Shown: in pieces, positions 60,533 to 64,000 of the stretch
Position numbering within the stretch: the stretch's first letter is position 1
Layout: the number at the start of each line of letters is the position of its first letter
NCBI RefSeq assembly: GCF_037042905.1
Contig: NC_087259.1
Span: forward strand, 9,176,001-9,240,000
DNA length: 64,000 nt
Reading direction: 5' to 3'
Source of the DNA: Lytechinus pictus
Taxonomy: Eukaryota
The notes under the pieces: model-generated
What the model saw: only the letters and a program-made list of their open reading frames with translations
Databases searched by the model: none
What the model was told of the DNA's origin: nothing
Program-made: the position numbers and the translations under genes

Positions 60533-63500
60533 GAGAAGTTAGGGTGTGTGTGTGTGAGGATGTGTGTGTGTGTGAAAGTGGGGGGATATGTTAGAGTGCG
60601 GGAGGGTGGGTTAATGAGAGTGGATAAGCGGGTATGTGGAAATTTTTAGGCCTGCTTTTCCTTCCTAATTTGGTTGAAATGAAAGATTTGATTTTTTTTT
60701 GCATCTTAAGTTTGACAGGGAAAGATTTGGTGTAAAGTGTATGTGAATTTCCTGTAAAGAGTTGCAAGAGAAACATAGATTTTAAAAATTCTGGGGCACC
60801 TGTCCTCTTGTCTCCGCTGCGTACCAGTTATGCAGCTGTTGTTGCCAAAATACACTGAATCTATACAATATTTGAATTAAAAAATATAGGGTGGTGAATG
60901 AATCGTAAATTGAAGTGATATATACGGTATATTTAGTGAAATGAATGTGTGTGTGTGATTTCGGAGAGGATGTGTCAGGGGGTGTGTGTGAGGGTGTGTG
61001 GGGGGGGGGGGGAAACTTACCTTATTTTCCCCGCAGGTTGTACCGTCTGCGATAGCAACCCCCGTGCGCGAGCAAAGTCCGTTTGGAAATCTACAAAACA
61101 TTTGCGGGCATCGGTCCTGAAGTAATGGAAGACAAAAATTGGATTTACACCTTATTTAAAAACAAAAATCTGAATTACTTAAAATGCAAAGAAATGCATT
61201 TTGCAATTATATTGAACAAACAATTTAGAGCTCCATGTCTTTATCCATTATTATTTAGTCCAGTTCTGACAAAAAATCAGGAGTAGATATCTAAGGGGGA
61301 AAATATTTCCTAGATCATGTAGATATTTACCGTAAGCTTTTTTAATATTAAATTCGCTCTGATAATTATTTCTGGATTTGCGAAGGAGTGTTTTTTTTAC
61401 TATTTTTTTTTACATGGGCGAGGGCAGATTGATGACCTTTCCCAAAGAATCCGCAACTGAATCAAATAACAAGCAACGGTTTTCATAAATCGAGTTTACC
61501 TTACAACAAGGCAACGAAGTTTATACTAATGCACATCGTTTTTGCGAATCATTAAACAGACAATATCTTGATTATGCATTGTATTTTCTTGATAACATTT
61601 AAAAGTAAGTTGCTATTCTGTACAGCAAAGACATAAAGGGGTACTCCAGGCTGAAAACAATATTATTTGAAAAGATAAAGAAAAAGCAAACAGAACACCT
61701 AAAATGTCACCAAAATCGAACAAGGAATAACAAATTTATGACATTGCAAAGATTTGCATTATTTCGGTGAAACAGTTACATTTTTGTATTTATGATGTTC
61801 AATGGGCAAATTGATAATGTCACATCCCCACTTGTCATTTTTTTAATTATTATTCTTATTTATTTACTATCTTTATAAGCCAAAACAATTTAGGCGATTA
61901 TTAAAATGTAAATAGACATGTCCTGCAATGAACTTATATTATTCCATGGAAAGTCTGAAAAGAGTTTCATATTTGGCTTTCGTAGATTTGTCTTAACTCT
62001 TATTTTTATTTGCACGTACTTGGACTCCGTATATAGGAAGGGCTGTGTCCGTGCATGCACCGCTGAAGTACTCCGAGTACTGCAAACATTGTTCATCGGC
62101 GTCGTATATCTCACCCGGAAGTCTCTCGCCTTCAAAGCCAGATAGAACTTCCGGAATGTCATTCAAACAAGTGACGGTCGGATACCTGTAGGAACCAAGT
62201 TTGAAAACTCAATACCTTTTTCACACGTTTATGTAAACTTTCCTTCTAAGATAAAGTTTCAAGCTGATTTTTATTGATTTCAAATCCAAACATAAAGATT
62301 ACAATCAAAATAAATATTAACAATTTTATAAACTTCAAAATAAACTTGAAAGATTATCTAACCATGGCCGTGCACAGAAGGGGGGGAGGAGCAGTTCCCC
62401 CCCCCCAAAAAAAAAAAAAAGTGAAAACTTACATTTTTTACTGAAAATTTTCAAAAAAAATAACCGAAAGTATCCTTCAATAATTCAATTTACAAAATGC
62501 AAAAGTGCTCCAAGGACAAGCTCGATCGCTTTGATCATTCACTTTCGTTTTCTCTCGAAAACGTTTACACGTCCTGCCTCACCAGCAAAATATTTACCCA
62601 TCCCCTTCCCCAATATAGGCTACACTTAACCTTAGTTTAATTTTAAACTGAAGAACGAGGCAATAACCATTTCAAATTAAATAAAAAATGGAAATAAATA
62701 TTTTTGCGATTTTTTTGCTGTTTACCAATGAAAGATCTTTAATCAATCACTTTATAGACCAAACTTTTTCCATTCTGTTTTGCTCATGTTTAGTGCATAT
62801 TGAATTAAGACTTTATAAATAAACATACGTGCCTTGTTGGTGAATCGCAAATAGAACATGTTTTATCATTATCTATTCTGTTTTATGGATTACATGGTCA
62901 TCTATGCATCATTTTCTGTTTGAAATATTCTTAGAGAATAGTTTTACTGACCGGAGAAATGCGTCGAATTGTTCCCTGCTGCACTCTGACCATAGATAAG
63001 AACCACTCCCGCCAATTCGGCTTGATGACATTATGTTTGCCCCGGCAGGACAACCTGTGTCTGCATCGTGTAGCATTCCGACTCTGCAAAGCGTTTGAAG
63101 TCATTATTAACATCAGCCATAATTATTTACTAATTATTCAACTCATCTATATATTAATGCACCCCACATTTGTCGATTTATGATGAATTTCATGGCACTG
63201 TCTTAAAAAAAATTAATATACCTTCACTTGACATTATGTAAACAAGTGATTTTTCCTAACAATGCCATAATAAAAGTTTTGTAAACCTCCCGATTGATTT
63301 TTTCCCTCATGATATTATTCATCCTGCTTCGCAGATTTCATCTTCGTTTATCATTCATTATGTATTTACAACAGCGAATAAAATGATTGGTAGGCTCAAT
63401 TTTATAGCAGGATGGCGGCAAAGGGTAGGCCTACATTTTATTTAGAACGATATTTGGTTGAGTGTACTTACGTGTGGCCAATTTCATGAGCAATGATGAG

Positions 63501-63615
63501 ACCGGATGAAGGGCCATTGTCTTCATTCACTGAGCATTGGTGAGTATCCGAGCATGCACCTCGCAAATTGGCAATCCCCAGTAGGTACTTATTCTGTTTC
63601 AGTTCGATATCATGC
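49511..63615 (-). CDS. ADAMTS13: Gene B (last 18 coding exons, 5'-incomplete): ADAMTS metalloprotease with ADAMTS13-type layout (M-D-T-C-S-3xTSR-2xCUB)
   Basis: Phase-compatible exon chain of 2782 nt ending in TGA at 49511-49513. HEIGHTVGMLHD zinc motif, Met-turn (IMS) and two C-terminal CUBs. ADAMTS identity is near-certain; ADAMTS13 orthology is inferred, so read the symbol as 13-like. Confidence 0.8.
49809..50400. mobile_element. Kolobok-like MITE (AGGGATGGTCCGG subfamily)
   Basis: TTAA|agggatggtccgg...cggaccatccct|tcaa. Confidence 0.85.
50956..51149 (-). CDS. Gene B exon: CUB2 N-terminal half
   Basis: (D)[35 protein letters not shown]...CSTTRDHIL; 194 nt, phase 1-0. Confidence 0.93.
51456..52408 (-). 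mobile_element. Helentron/DINE-like element with ~162-bp tandem units
   Basis: Subterminal inverted gtctcacctgca / tgcaggtgagac; (GCC)n near the 5' end; T-rich insertion site; four TGACCTTTGACCT motifs. Confidence 0.78.
52427..52600 (-). CDS. Gene B exon: CUB1 C-terminal half
   Basis: (G)[18 protein letters not shown]...[12 protein letters not shown]...[11 protein letters not shown]; 174 nt, phase 1-1. Confidence 0.85.
53030..53240. repeat. Dispersed repeat (tcgtcctaagatttg.agctgacgaaaaa family)
   Basis: Related copies at ~35200-35400 (same orientation) and ~47550-47890 (inverted). Confidence 0.55.
53330..53473 (-). CDS. Gene B exon: divergent CUB1 N-terminal half
   Basis: (D)[11 protein letters not shown]...[24 protein letters not shown]|gtcagt; 144 nt, phase 1-1. 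Confidence 0.82.
53838..54072 (-). CDS. Gene B exon: TSR4 end and Thr/Pro linker
   Basis: [13 protein letters not shown]...[16 protein letters not shown], then TTTPL...PAIRP; 235 nt, phase 0-1. Confidence 0.85.
54609..54819 (-). CDS. Gene B exon: TSR3 and start of TSR4
   Basis: [25 protein letters not shown]...[12 protein letters not shown]; 211 nt, phase 2-0. Confidence 0.92.
55559..55688 (-). CDS. Gene B exon: TSR2 C-terminal half
   Basis: (G)[42 protein letters not shown]; 130 nt, phase 1-2. Confidence 0.9.
55878..56068 (-). CDS. Gene B exon: spacer end and TSR2 start
   Basis: [12 protein letters not shown]...IHYVYYV...[16 protein letters not shown]; 191 nt, phase 2-1. Confidence 0.9.
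56904..57027 (-). CDS. Gene B exon: spacer
   Basis: (D)[11 protein letters not shown]...[15 protein letters not shown](L); 124 nt, phase 1-2. Confidence 0.82.
57394..57471 (-). CDS. Gene B exon: spacer start
   Basis: [25 protein letters not shown] (IPxG motif); 78 nt, phase 1-1. Confidence 0.85.
57953..58234 (-). CDS. Gene B exon: Cys-rich domain
   Basis: GDQLCELWC...DGTRC...[13 protein letters not shown]...[13 protein letters not shown]; 282 nt, phase 1-1. Confidence 0.94.
59081..59195 (-). CDS. Gene B exon: TSR1 end and Cys-rich start
   Basis: [38 protein letters not shown]; 115 nt, phase 0-1. Confidence 0.88.
59636..59699 (-). CDS. Gene B exon: TSR1
   Basis: [21 protein letters not shown]; 64 nt, phase 2-0. 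Confidence 0.9.
60309..60451 (-). CDS. Gene B exon: disintegrin end and TSR1
   Basis: WCFGGTCV...[33 protein letters not shown]; 143 nt, phase 0-2. Confidence 0.94.
61021..61116 (-). CDS. Gene B exon: disintegrin-like domain
   Basis: [32 protein letters not shown]; 96 nt, phase 0-0. Confidence 0.9.
62020..62185 (-). CDS. Gene B exon: catalytic end and disintegrin start
   Basis: [11 protein letters not shown]...[12 protein letters not shown]...; 166 nt, phase 2-0. Confidence 0.92.
62952..63083 (-). CDS. Gene B exon: third zinc His and Met-turn
   Basis: [21 protein letters not shown]...[15 protein letters not shown]; 132 nt, phase 2-2. Confidence 0.93.
63472..63615 (-). CDS. Gene B exon: catalytic HExxH
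   Basis: [47 protein letters not shown]; 144 nt, phase 2-2. Confidence 0.95.
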
Positions 63616-64000
63616 CTAGACCATGAAGGTATAAAAACTGTACATCAACTGAGTCACCTTCGTAACCAAAAGTACTAGCATTTTGTTATTGTGGCAAACG
63701 CAATTCCGTTTAAAAGAAATCGGGAACATCACAAACAAACAAAACATTGGTCAGACAAAGCGCGTACTTGTTAACTTTCGTCATACCCTTCTTGTCACAA
63801 GGCGTTCAATCATTCTTCTGCCCGTATTTTGGGAAAGTTTGAGGCTTGTACGTGTAAGCGCAGGACATTCTCAAATATGAAAAACATTACCCAGTTTTAG
63901 GTGTGTGGCAATTTTGATATTATTTTTTATAAATCACAGCATATTGAAGAGATATACTAATATACACTGCACATGTATAATTCAAATTTTATGTACCTTA

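Noticed and set aside
60500-60580. Poly-G and (GT)n tracts as G-quadruplex regulators
   Set aside because: Such runs occur throughout the window and are common simple repeats; no specific support.

Overview
AT-rich animal genomic DNA. An echinoderm, probably a sea urchin, is inferred from the gene and repeat content; the sequence does not prove it. Two multi-exon genes lie head-to-tail on the minus strand. I rebuilt both exon by exon from GT-AG sites and every junction is phase-compatible. (1) 63615->49511 holds the last 18 coding exons (about 926 aa) of an ADAMTS metalloprotease: HEIGHTVGMLHD zinc motif, disintegrin-like, TSR1, Cys-rich, spacer, 3 distal TSRs, linker and 2 CUB domains. This is the ADAMTS13-type layout, and the motifs also resemble ADAMTS13. 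(2) 43466->401 holds 31 exons (at least 1522 aa; the 3' end runs off the window) of a secreted mosaic protein: signal peptide, CCP/sushi, six-bladed YWTD propeller, 10-Cys somatomedin-B, tandem [12 protein letters not shown] mini-exons, CUB, 3xSRCR (Asp->His at the cation site), Cys-free CUB, SRCR, and a ZP module with a furin site (DMBT1-like C-terminal half). Introns are dense with non-autonomous TEs: TTAA/Kolobok-type, Tc1/mariner, P-like with 7-bp TSD, hAT-like, CAC-terminal and Helentron-like elements, tRNA-SINEs and a LINE 3' end. One 1.94-kb direct-repeat-bounded unit has swapped target-site tetramers, like a cointegrate. No rRNA, true tRNA or CRISPR was found. All TE superfamily and homology calls come from motif recognition, not database searches.
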